A stretch of 64,000 nt of DNA, from contig CDRNVI010000029.1 in the NCBI GenBank assembly GCA_977017575.1, positions 434,001 through 498,000 on the forward strand. Direction: 5' to 3'. Below are positions 1 through 10,090 of this stretch, piece after piece. The notes under the pieces were generated by a model, which did no database searches, was not told the DNA's origin, and saw only the letters and a program-made list of their open reading frames with translations. The position numbers were made by a program, and so were the translations under genes. The DNA comes from Paramoeba atlantica. Taxonomy: Eukaryota; Protista; Discosea. Each line of letters begins with the position of its first letter. The stretch's first letter is position 1.

Positions 1-738
1 GGGCCTTACAACCTGCAAGTTGTTGGTTCGATTCCCGCTATAGACAAAACTCGCAACCTGGCGGCCTCACTACAAAGGGAAAGCGATCAGGAGTGCCTTC
101 AAGGCCCACACCCAACCCCGCTCCCCTGGAGGACCCAGAACCGCCGAGCTGAACCAGGCTGCAGCGCAGCCGCTAAATTGCGAGCTGCTTACGTAAAGGA
201 TGCTTGAGGCACAGCCTACACGCCACTGTGTCAGACCAGTCACCACATGAGAAGGGGCTGGAGCGAACGCTCATGTGCGGAGCGCATACCTTCTTTTTTG
301 GAAGAAGCATATCTGTAACCTCGTATCATACCGGGGGGTATGGCATCGTGACCCAGGGTCGATAGCATACCCTCCCACCCCCGGTTTTTCAGGCAGAGAG
401 GGCGTGATGTCGACTTCTTGTTCGAGGCTCAAAAGAGGTTTCAGATGGTAAAAGAGATTTAATAGAAAAGTAATGACAAGCGGCACCAAATAAGGTAAAG
501 AGTGTTTTAACTAATTCAGTCTACTTTGCCTACATGCAATCATCCTAGCGGCCGAGCCTTTGAGCCCTCTCAAATAATGCCAAAAAAATTCTACACGAAT
601 GTACACGGATTACCACACAGCTCAAGTTTGAAAAAAAACTTTTATGAATTATAAAATATTTACAACCAAGAAAATTATAAGAGTCGAAAAATCACCCGTT
701 TGTAAAAATGTATAAGCGGGGGTGTAAAATAAGTTTTA

Positions 739-2047
739 GTCGCTTCGTTAAGCGCGGTGGTTGTTGACAACATACAAGTCACTCATGCTGTGCGTTGATA
801 ACGGCCTCCGTGTTTAACGATGGACTAAAAACGAAAAATTGGCTTCAAAAGCGGAACGAACAGGAAGGATTTGAAAAAAGAAGAAAATATTTAGAGCAGA
901 TGCAATTGATTGCAGGAAATGTAATTGATTGCTACAGTAAAATTGATTCCTAGCTTTGGGCTGGCCAAGTTTTATTACTGTGAACCCTTTTAATAGAGAC
1001 CCCCTTTTAATAGAAACAAAATTTTGGGGGAAGTTGTTGGGAATTGCTTTGGCGAAAGTAGAGAAGAAAAAGTGGAATGTTGCTTAAAATGTGAGGAAAA
1101 ATACTTAGAATTCACCTAACGTTCAATAGTCTCCACCATTCACCGCATCCGTGGAATCTCTTGTGAAATTAAAAGGAATTCAATATTGTACAAAATAAGA
1201 ACCGGGGAGCGAAACATTATGAAAACCTGATCAATCGTTCTATGGGCGGCAGTTGCAGATATCGCGGTTTTAACGCAAGAGGGGGGGATAATAATGACGC
1301 GGAGGCCATAACACATAGTAAAGCAGAAGCTATGGAACGCGTTTCCTTTCGTCTCCTCTTACAAAAACTATCGTTATGGATATGATTCGAGAGCACACTT
1401 GTCTCGCATCTTCGAACGCCCTCGAAGAGATACATTCGCGTTTTCGAAAAATGTATTACGGGTGTGGCGGCGTTGGGGAAGAACTCAGTTGCCCCTGTAG
1501 ACGTTGATATCGCATTACACGCTGGGCAGAAAAACTGTATCGTCAAAATACAGTTCGACGCTACAGATTTGCAATATTCGGTGATGAGACTGCTGTTTTC
1601 GTCAATGGAGAAGTACAGGGCCATACGCTTGCACCGATCCCATGCGCCCAACCCAAAAGTAAGGATACCAACCCTAAGGAAATTGTAACAGCTTTCTTGG
1701 CTGGTATTTATGATTTTGGGATGGACGAGGTGTACCCCTGCCTCCAACAGTAACTTTTGAGCATGGTGCCAAGTCTCGTGAAACATCAACGATTTACACA
1801 GATACAGTATGTTGCGTCTCGCCCCTACCATGAAAGGGATTTATATCGACGTTAGCCGATCTGGTTGGGTCAAAGACGACGTGTACCCTCGCATTTTAAA
1901 AAACCATCTTCCTCTTAAAGGGGGTTAAGTTTGTCAATTTTCCTTTTCTATTCACTTTGTTCAACACGGCGGTTGTTTTCAGCGCGAAGCTATGCTATTA
2001 AAAAAAAGCTTTAAATTGAATACTACCACCGCTTTTAACGAAGAGAT
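739..2047 (+). mobile_element. Decayed pogo-like DNA transposon with imperfect TIRs, flanked by TA
   Basis: Left end TA|GTCGCTTCGTTAAGCGCGGTGGTTGT (739-764) is inverted to right end ACTACCACCGCTTTTAACGAAGAGAT|TA (2022-2047). The interior (~1150-1900) is a frameshifted + strand homolog of the pogo transposase at 5513-6709 (FGDETAVFVNGEVQG, DTNPKE, SGWVKDD). A third left end of this type starts at 51036. Confidence 0.7.
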
Positions 2048-2172
2048 TAAAAAGAATTTGATAAAATGCCATCTTTTAAGTAAGAGGAATATAATGGGTA
2101 ATAATATTAGCGGATATATTGGATCTTTCAGAAAACAATAACTTTATCCTTTTCCATAATTCGTTCTTCTTA

Positions 2173-3852
2173 ATGCATGAATTTGAGATAACAGAGGGTG
2201 AGGCTACAATACGAATCCAACCGACTACCGAAGGAAACGAAAGCCAGGAGCATACCCAGCGCTTGGGAACCTTTTACAACAAAGTTCAATCTGTCAATCG
2301 CGACCTTTCAATTTTAGTAGTACAAAACTATATTGCTTCTCTTTTGCCGAAAACGAAATCCCGTCGAAAAGGATTAAAAGACGGTGCTCGAATACTTGAG
2401 GCTTTAAGTGCCACTGGCATCCGTGCGATTCGTTACGCCAAAGAAATAGAAGGAATAGAGTATGTAATAGCAAACGACATGGATAAAAACGCAGTAGACG
2501 AAATCCGACGAAATGTCTCTCGTAACGGATTATCTGAGCGTCTAGTTCAGCCGTTGCACGAAGAAGCTAATGCGCTTATGAGGAGACTTGGTACTGATAC
2601 GCAAAATCGCGAAGATTCTACAAAGATAGACATCGTTGACCTTGATCCCTATGGTTCTGCGAGCCCATTTATTGATGCCGCTTTAGGATGTGCTGAAGAC
2701 GGGGGACTTCTCTGCATCACCTGCACGGATGCAGCAGTGTTATGCGGTAAACATATTGGGACATGTTATGCTAAATATGGAGCAACGCCTTCGCAGGGTC
2801 CATTTTGTCATGAAATGGCGCTTCGAATACTGTTGCACGCTATTGAACAAAGCGCGAATCGTCAAGGAAGGTACATACACCCATTATTGTCGGTTAAAGT
2901 TGATTTTTATTTTAGAGTCTACGTACAGGTGTTCAGTGGTTTAGCAGAAGTTAAGCTTTCGGTTTGCAAACGATCGTACAACATGCTTTGCACCCGTTGT
3001 GGTTTCTTCATGTCGCATCCTTGTGCAAGAACTCGAGCGCGGACTCGACCAACAAAACGAAATACTGTGTCAGATGCACAAAAAGCAGATACGCTCGAGG
3101 ACACAGATTCAGCGGTAGAAAATTCGAACAGCGCCCAAGACTTTGGCATATGCTCGCCACATATTCATCCGAAAGAGCAAAATCCATCTCTCCACGTATT
3201 TAATTCGACGTACAATTTTTCTTCAACCTCTTCAGCGCATGGATGCCCTTGTTGTAGTGGTTCCATGTGGTGCGCAGGTCCGTTTTATAACCAGGCGATG
3301 CACGACATTAATTTTGTCAACGAACTTGTTCAACAAGCTGCACTGCGCTCTCAACGTTCCTCACAGACTTTGCCTTCGCTATCACGGGTATGCGCTCTGC
3401 TGAACGGCGTGCGGGATGAACTACATGACGTGCCGCTCTATTATTCTATCCCTCGCATGTGCTCCGTAATTAAAATTCCTGTGCCTCGCCTGTGTGAACT
3501 CACCTCGGCGTTGGGACGGGACGGCTATCGATGTTCTCAGACTCACTGCAACCCTGATGGGCTAAAAACGGATTGTCCAGGCACAACATTGTACCGCATT
3601 TTGCTTGCGTACATGACCCAACGTACTTCCCAGGGTGCAGAAAGAAGAACCATTCTCCATCTAGAGGCTCTCACAAACATTAGTTTTAAGACAGATGATC
3701 AATACGATATCAGAACACGCAGGAAAAATTGTTTACCAGAGTTGGGGTTCGACATAAATCTTCCCCTGCGTAAATTCTTGCCTAATCCAGAGCCTAAGTG
3801 GGGGCCGAAACCTCGCCATAAAGCTGTGAAAACTAAAGAGAGCGCCCAATAG
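2173..3852 (+). CDS. TRM1: tRNA (guanine26-N2)-dimethyltransferase
   Basis: FYNKVQSVNRDLS, LEALSATGIRAIRY, DIVDLDPYGSASPF, LCITCTD and GLKTD motifs. First in-frame ATG is at 2173. Confidence 0.93.
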   Translation: MHEFEITEGEATIRIQPTTEGNESQEHTQRLGTFYNKVQSVNRDLSILVVQNYIASLLPKTKSRRKGLKDGARILEALSATGIRAIRYAKEIEGIEYVIANDMDKNAVDEIRRNVSRNGLSERLVQPLHEEANALMRRLGTDTQNREDSTKIDIVDLDPYGSASPFIDAALGCAEDGGLLCITCTDAAVLCGKHIGTCYAKYGATPSQGPFCHEMALRILLHAIEQSANRQGRYIHPLLSVKVDFYFRVYVQVFSGLAEVKLSVCKRSYNMLCTRCGFFMSHPCARTRARTRPTKRNTVSDAQKADTLEDTDSAVENSNSAQDFGICSPHIHPKEQNPSLHVFNSTYNFSSTSSAHGCPCCSGSMWCAGPFYNQAMHDINFVNELVQQAALRSQRSSQTLPSLSRVCALLNGVRDELHDVPLYYSIPRMCSVIKIPVPRLCELTSALGRDGYRCSQTHCNPDGLKTDCPGTTLYRILLAYMTQRTSQGAERRTILHLEALTNISFKTDDQYDIRTRRKNCLPELGFDINLPLRKFLPNPEPKWGPKPRHKAVKTKESAQ

Positions 3853-4227
3853 ACAGGTTGGGAGGCGTGGTTTATAAGGATTATTATTTCTATACCTAAC
3901 TCGCGATTTCGAAAAAAATGTGTAATTTTCTACAATTTAGCAATTTTCTCCTCAATTGACCTACAAGGTTCGTCTACAAGAACAATCTGCGCGAATGGAA
4001 CAAAAAGAGTAAAAAAATGAAGAGCAATACAGTAATACAGTAATGTACGATAGAGTGAGAAAGTTCAGGACACCTCGATACTGATGAATGCGTACACTAT
4101 TGTCAAGCAGTTACGCGACAGCCTTCCGAAGGCCTCACGGTTTAGGATCGATGAATGTAAAATTTATAATACTCCTTATACGCCTTACCCACATTTTCTT
4201 ATCATTTGTATCAAACGTAAAACGTAA

Positions 4228-4336
4228 TATCACATGACAAGTAACTCTGTGAGAGCTCTCGAATGCGCTATTATTTTCCAAAATTGGCCTAGTCATAGGA
4301 ATTTTGACTCCCCCCATATTTTCGTGCACCCCCCTG
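4228..4336. mobile_element. Solo right end of the Tc1/IS630-type MITE family
   Basis: GAGAGCTCTCGAATGCGCTATTATTTTCC...GTGCACCCCCCTG|TA closely matches the right TIR at 52945-53059. No partner left end was seen. Confidence 0.75.
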
Positions 4337-5512
4337 TATGTTTTCGTCCGTAAAGATAACACGGGCAGTATCCATATTTTAGTTCGACGCAAACTGAACC
4401 CTTTTTATTTTTTGTCGTTCGGTAAGCCCTTGACATAGCGGCCGAGCGGTATAAGTGTAATCCAGGGATGATAAGTCTCTCTGCACTGCTCTTTTTGAAA
4501 CTTGAGTATTCTTTTTCCGCAATTGGGCTGTTTTTCCGCAATTATGCGCCTTGATGGCTTAAATCTCGGTACTCCAACGGGTTCGAGAGGGGTTATTATC
4601 GTCATAATTTTCTTTTTATTATTTTTTTTGCGCTCAGGACTCAAAGTGTGTACTGGGGTAGTTTTCTTCTCTTACAAATATTTTTTAACGATCCTTCTAG
4701 AAACGCGAAGGTCTAGATGAGTGTACTGCCCAAGGTACCATTGAGTGTGGTGGCCTGATAGTGCTGCATATCACTCAATGGTACGAGTAAGATTGTCCTG
4801 CTTCAAGGGACCACGAATACTGAACTGTTCGTTGATTTTTCATACGCTAATAATGAAGAATAATGCCACACAATGCCCTTAGCCGCTCAAAATGAGTGGA
4901 TTACATGGGGATCTGAATTCGCCGGAGATGAACGGGGGATGAGAGCTCGCGTCGCAAGTTGACGAAGATCTTCTCTGTTAATGAGATTTACACGATTTTA
5001 GAATGTACAGCCCATTAGGCGCACCTCGGAGCCCCAGAACACATACAGAGAACATCCAAAAAGAACGATTGCAAGTCGCGCAACTCGATTCACAGGTGTC
5101 CTGGAGCTCTAAAGTCAGGTCAAATAGGAATGAGCAAGCATACCACAAGGTTAAGCCATTCCTTGGTCGCCAGCATGCGTAGGCGCATATAGACATCAAT
5201 CAAGGCACAAGAAAGAGTTCCGCTAGTATTCATTTGAAGGTACATACTTCGTTTTTATGCATCAGTAAATTGTGTTTTTCGCCTAAAAAATCTTACCTCG
5301 AAATTGCAAAAAACCTGTTCACATGTTTTTCTTTACTTGCATACGATCACTCTTTTGTTACAAAGCCGATTGAGTCGGAATCTCTATGGCAACATACATG
5401 TATACCTAGTACCCACGCGTACACTACTCTGATATACTACTTCAATGCACACGACACCTGGCCACAGGGAAACACCAACAACAAAAAAGTGTCAAACATG
5501 TGAACAGTTTTT

Positions 5513-6709
5513 TTGCATACTGTATACGAGAAGCGCGAAATCTGCCGATCGACTCTCTCGGTAAAGAGAATCCGAGAAAAATACGGAATTTCGCGAAGCG
5601 GAGTATATGAAATCCGTAGCCACGGTGTGAGCTACTTTCAAAAACTCATTGATCGTTCCATGGGGAACAACCACAGGAATCGTGCCTTTAACGTTCGAGG
5701 AGACGACTACAATGATCCCGAAGCAGTCTGCTACAATAAGTCTGAGGCAATGGAATGGGTACACCGCTCCTGCGTTCAAGCCTCCTCGTTATGGTGTCCC
5801 CTCACCAGAAATATTGTCATCGACATGATCCGACAAAATACGGGATTGACTTCAATTAGTGCTTTGGAAGACACTTATGCGAAGTTCAGACGGTACTACG
5901 GTTGGGTGTAGCGGCGGTGGGGCAGAATACAGTGCTTAGCCCCCGCTGATGTGAGCCTCAGAATTTCTCGTTGGGCTGAAAAGCTCTACGTTCAAAACAC
6001 AGTCCGTTGCTACCGTTTCGCGCTTTTCGGGGATGAAACCGCCATGTTTGTCAATGGAGAGGTGCAAGGGTACACACTTGCTCCGGTAGGGTGCCCGCAA
6101 CCTAAGGTAGTGGACACAAATCCAAAGGAAACAGTAACCGCATTTCTTGCGGGCGTTTATGATTTAGGGGCCGACGAAGTTTACCCGCTCCACCCGACTG
6201 TAATTTTTGAGCACGGAGCGAAGCGCAGAGAAAGCTTAACAATTTATTCGGAAACGACGAGTTACGCGAATAAATTCAAAGGGATATTTATTGATGCGAG
6301 CTCTTCTGGTTGGGTGCGAGATGATATATCCCCGCATACTTATACGATATTTATATACGATATTTATACACGATATTTATATCCCCGCATGATGTACCGA
6401 TACTTGCCACTTACCCTGGAACAATCTTCAACGGCCATCGTTACTGACGACTTCACGGGGCATCGCACTGATGATATTCCCGTCAACTGTGACCCGCACA
6501 CAATTCCTGGCGGGTGCACGAAAGCGATCCAAATCTACGACCGTGTATTCAATCGCCTATTTAAGAGGGCGTACAATGAGTTGCTCAGTGCATGGCGAAT
6601 ACAGAACTCTTCGTGTAAGGTAACTCGTTATTTGGTGCTGGAGTGGATAAAAGAGGCCTATTCGAGAGTGTGGGTAAAGCATCACAACACTATTCTTAAC
6701 GCTAACTAA
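5513..6709 (+). pseudogene. pogo/DDE_1 (DD30D) transposase with one premature TAG
   Basis: ORFs 5513-5911 and 5951-6709 are in the same frame, separated by TAG at 5909-5911. There is an HTH-like N-terminus, then FGDETAMF, SSSGWVRDD, IVTDDFTGH and IPGGCTKAIQIYD, with 30 residues between the last two Asp. Confidence 0.8.
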
Positions 6710-7552
6710 TGCTTCATCCAGACAATGACCGCGGGGACATGGACGCAGAGGGGTGGGATCAGTCAGTAGCGCATGATGATACTTTTGAATTGTAAAAGGG
6801 CTGTTAATTTGTTAGGTTATGATAAGTTTACGTAGGTTTGTTTCCGTGAGCTCTTAACGTTAGTCTTGTTTTTTCCCGTCGTGAACGTAAGTTCTTTCTT
6901 TCCACCTTTAGTTCATTTGTGTGAAACTTTGTATGAGTAGGAAGTTTGGGCTCGATTTTTACGTTAGAACATCTACAATTTAACTGAATGGAACCTTTAT
7001 AGCTACACAGAATATAGAACTGAATGTGAGCATGCATGATTTTTTGCTTGTTGTTAATTTTTTATTCCCAATTATAGTGTACATCAATAATGTATATCCT
7101 CCATGTACCCTTCACCCTTATGAAGAAGTGCCGCTTCACCCCTCATTGACGCCCTCCTTCCCGCCCTCTTCCTCTGCTCTCCTCGCCCTCCCTCCCTTTA
7201 CAATTTTGATTTTTTGCCGTATTATGAGTAAAAAAGGCGCCGCGAAGCGGCGCCAAATTTTTTTTCACACCCCCTTCATCGCCCCCCACCCCCTTTATTA
7301 TGGACAAAAGCCGAAAAAGTGTCCATATTAAAGGGGGGGTCACAGTACTATAGCTACTCAAGAAAAAGAGACGAGTAAATAAATTATCTCTGTTAAAAAA
7401 TGGAGTCGACGACTCAGACCAGAGTGTTAACAATATAGCCATCAAATTAAATAGTCAAGAACATTGATCTTCAGAATTGCATCAAAAGTGAATTCATTAA
7501 TCGAAAAAACAACGCGAAGAACAACGTACGCGATATTCAGGACGTAAAAAGC

Positions 7553-7668
7553 TGGACCAACTCCCTGGTGAGAGCTGGAACTGTTGAGCCAGGGGTTTCC
7601 CGGCCGAAAGGCCGCAGTCCTAACTCCCTGATGGGAGTCGGAACTGTTGAGCCAGAACTCCCCGGCCA
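7553..7668. repeat. Imperfect tandem duplication (~62-bp unit)
   Basis: AACTCCCTG(G/A)TG(A/G)GAG..GGAACTGTTGAGCCAG....CCCGGCC occurs twice in tandem. Confidence 0.65.
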
Positions 7669-7976
7669 AAATATATGGAGATGTAAAAACGAAATTTTGA
7701 CGAAGTTTAAAAATCAAAGATTACTCACGCTGCATTGAGAGGCTTGGCGTCCGACCGTCTCTCCCACAGGAAGTGCGCGTGACTTTCCGAGCCGGGGCTA
7801 GCCAAGCTCTACTTCCTCTAGTGAGATGCAGTCTCCTATAACCCTGCTGGGGCAAAGCCGTAAGACGGTCGGACACCCCCCTTTTTATTTATTTCGCTTC
7901 GCGCTGCATTGACACAGAATACTCCTCCTCGAACGCACTTGGCAAAGCCGTCACAAAGAAACCGCGCGGCGGTGAC

Positions 7977-8900
7977 GTGCCAGGCTTACGACGATTCCGC
8001 ATATCACACGTGACCCGTAAGACTCAACCCATTGAACAACTCCAACGTTGCCCGGAGGTCACATACGACGCGCCATATAGAATCCGTGATGCTCCCGTCA
8101 AGGTGTCAAAACTACCGCCCACTAAACCAAGTGTCCCTTGTGCCCATAAATGCCAGGACAAATCAGCATGCCTTCACGTATGTTGCAAAGTGAAACCCGA
8201 AAGGTCTGTTCATCCTAGAGTCCCTCTTCCCTCTTCGGAAGCCGTGGCTATAGACAGTTCACTAGCTCCCGGTAGAAGGCCCTGTAAGCATACGTGCCGC
8301 GACAAGACAAATTGTTTGCACCAGTGCTGCAAAATAGGAGTCCTCATCACGGGTGCTACAGATAATCCTCGACCAGAACGGCACCTCGGGGAGTCACCAC
8401 TAACACGGCCACATAGCCCACCGACAGTAGCCACATCGATAGAAACCGATCCGCAAGTCTCAACAGATGCCATACCGAGCGAAGAGGCCCAGTATGAGGA
8501 ACTGTCAACCGGTAATCCGCCGTCGTCCGCCGTAATATCAGCAAACACGGCCAACTATCGCCCGTGTCGGCACATATGCAGCAATAAAACTCAGTGCAAA
8601 CACCAATGTTGCAAGACAGGGGTCATGATCGTCGAAGAAAACAGTCAGAATCGAGTATGGTCACTTAGGAATTTGTTTACGAGGACATTTCCTGCCGATG
8701 CTAGCATAATATCACCACAGAATCACCCTAGCTGGCCATCCGAGACAGGAAACTTGAGCGGTACTCAGGCTGTAAACCACGAACTCTCTCATACACGCAC
8801 TCCCCCGGAACCTCATGTTAGTAGAGATAGCAATATAGAACGGATTATCAATTCGGAAGGTATCGTCAGATCTACAATTGAGCGTAGGAAATGTAAGTAA
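7977..8900 (+). CDS. N-terminal retroelement ORF segment with three CxHxCxxKxxCxHxCCK zinc motifs; runs into Tc1 sequence
   Basis: Motifs at 8139-8189, 8283-8333 and 8565-8615. A fourth copy at 10120-10170 begins the RT ORF. The start is GTG, so uncertain. Confidence 0.6.
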   Translation: MPGLRRFRISHVTRKTQPIEQLQRCPEVTYDAPYRIRDAPVKVSKLPPTKPSVPCAHKCQDKSACLHVCCKVKPERSVHPRVPLPSSEAVAIDSSLAPGRRPCKHTCRDKTNCLHQCCKIGVLITGATDNPRPERHLGESPLTRPHSPPTVATSIETDPQVSTDAIPSEEAQYEELSTGNPPSSAVISANTANYRPCRHICSNKTQCKHQCCKTGVMIVEENSQNRVWSLRNLFTRTFPADASIISPQNHPSWPSETGNLSGTQAVNHELSHTRTPPEPHVSRDSNIERIINSEGIVRSTIERRKCK

Positions 8901-10090
8901 CATTAAGAAAAAGTACCTACCCAACTTAGTTAACAAACCGAAAACAGGTCGCCCTCGCAAGCTTACAGAGACATGCTCCAATCGCGTCCGCCGCCTCATC
9001 ACCAGCGGTGCAACTAAGGATGCAGTCGCGACCAGTAAAAGGTTGAGAGATGAGGGGGTTGCAGATGTTTCGCCCCAAACCATTCGGGTTTCCCTTCGGA
9101 AGCGTGGTTTGAAGGGGAAGAAGAAATTACGGAAACCCCACCTTACGAAGCGTCACAAAGCTCTACGTCTTGCCTTTGCGAAGAAGTATGAGCATTGGAC
9201 GAACGCCGACTGGAGCCGTGTGCTTTTCACTGATGAAAGTAAGATCTGCCGTTTCGAGTCGAATGGCAGCCGGTGGGCGTGGGTGAGCTTTGGGGAAGCA
9301 CTTTCAGAGCGAAATACACACAGCACCGTGAAGTACGGTGGGGGATCCATCATGGTATGGGGGTGTATGATGGCTCACGGCGTGGGCTCCATTGCTCTGG
9401 TTCATGGCAACATGAATGCTGAACAGTACGTTCAAATACTTCAACAGAATTTGTCTCCTTCCCTCCACAAGTTGGAAGTCATGAAGGACCGGATCATCTT
9501 CCAACAAGATAATGATCCAAAGCACACGAGTAAGAAGGCCCGGGAATTCCTTCGTTTACAAGAATTGTGTGTCCTAGACTGGCCCCCGCAGTCTCCCGAT
9601 TTAAATCCCATAGAGCACCTATGGGGCGAGCTCAAAAAGTCGACTGCGGATCATCCAGATCCTCCCGTAGGAATGTTGGAACTTTGGGAACGCGCCCAAA
9701 AAGCATGGGCAGACCTTCCTCCGAGTGCATGTCTTCCTCTTGTCCGTAGCATACCCCCTCGTTTGAGGGCAGTAATTAGGGCGAAGGGGGGACTTACGAA
9801 GTATTAAGTTTTGGTCATTTTGGTTTGGTAAGGGTGAAGTAAGGCAAAGTTTTGGTCAAAAAAAAATAATCTCAAAAAAGTGAAAAAAGTGTTCAAGTGT
9901 TGGGATCGCATTATATCTTTCATAGTTTTTTATTGTAAGATCGTTGATGAAGTCTAAGTACGTGGGAATGTAAGCACTACTCCAGCCTACACTACTGTAA
10001 TATACTACTGCATTATCCTCTGCATCTCTTTTGTAAAATATAAAAACATTAAAATTTGTGAAAACATTTGAACACTTTTGTTAGTTACTG
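8839..10090 (+). mobile_element. Tc1-family transposon lacking its left end
   Basis: The right TIR ...TTTGAACACTTTTGTTAGTTACTG|TA ends at 10090 (reverse complement CAGTAACTAACAAAAGTGTTCAAA). An internal inverted copy AAAAGTGTTCAA lies near 9885. No left TIR was found. Confidence 0.8.
8878..9807 (+). CDS. Tc1/mariner DD34E transposase, 5'-truncated with no ATG
   Basis: GRPRKL, FTDESK, IMVWG, FQQDNDPKH and WPPQSPDLNPIEHLW, with 34 residues between D and E. The frame extends upstream to NGLSIRKV (8839), after a TAG. Confidence 0.92.
   Translation: MSVGNVSNIKKKYLPNLVNKPKTGRPRKLTETCSNRVRRLITSGATKDAVATSKRLRDEGVADVSPQTIRVSLRKRGLKGKKKLRKPHLTKRHKALRLAFAKKYEHWTNADWSRVLFTDESKICRFESNGSRWAWVSFGEALSERNTHSTVKYGGGSIMVWGCMMAHGVGSIALVHGNMNAEQYVQILQQNLSPSLHKLEVMKDRIIFQQDNDPKHTSKKAREFLRLQELCVLDWPPQSPDLNPIEHLWGELKKSTADHPDPPVGMLELWERAQKAWADLPPSACLPLVRSIPPRLRAVIRAKGGLTKY

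Noticed and set aside
1-46. Functional tRNA-Val(TAC) 3' half
   Set aside because: The anticodon and T stems are mismatched and the 5' half lies outside the window. It was treated as tRNA-like only.
1217-1831. 204-aa minus-strand ORF
   Set aside because: It is antisense to the frameshifted pogo relic that is recognisable on the + strand.
4930-5200. Possible integrase HHCC-like remnant (IYTILECTAH*AHLG)
   Set aside because: Too short and degenerate, with no supporting catalytic motifs.
7553-7668. Hammerhead or Pr77/HDV ribozyme in the tandem repeat (GGCCGAAAGGCC hairpin; minus strand CCCTGGCTCA...CCAGGG)
   Set aside because: There is no CUGANGA core, and only about 10 nt resemble the L1Tc Pr77 start, with no P3/L3/P4 match.
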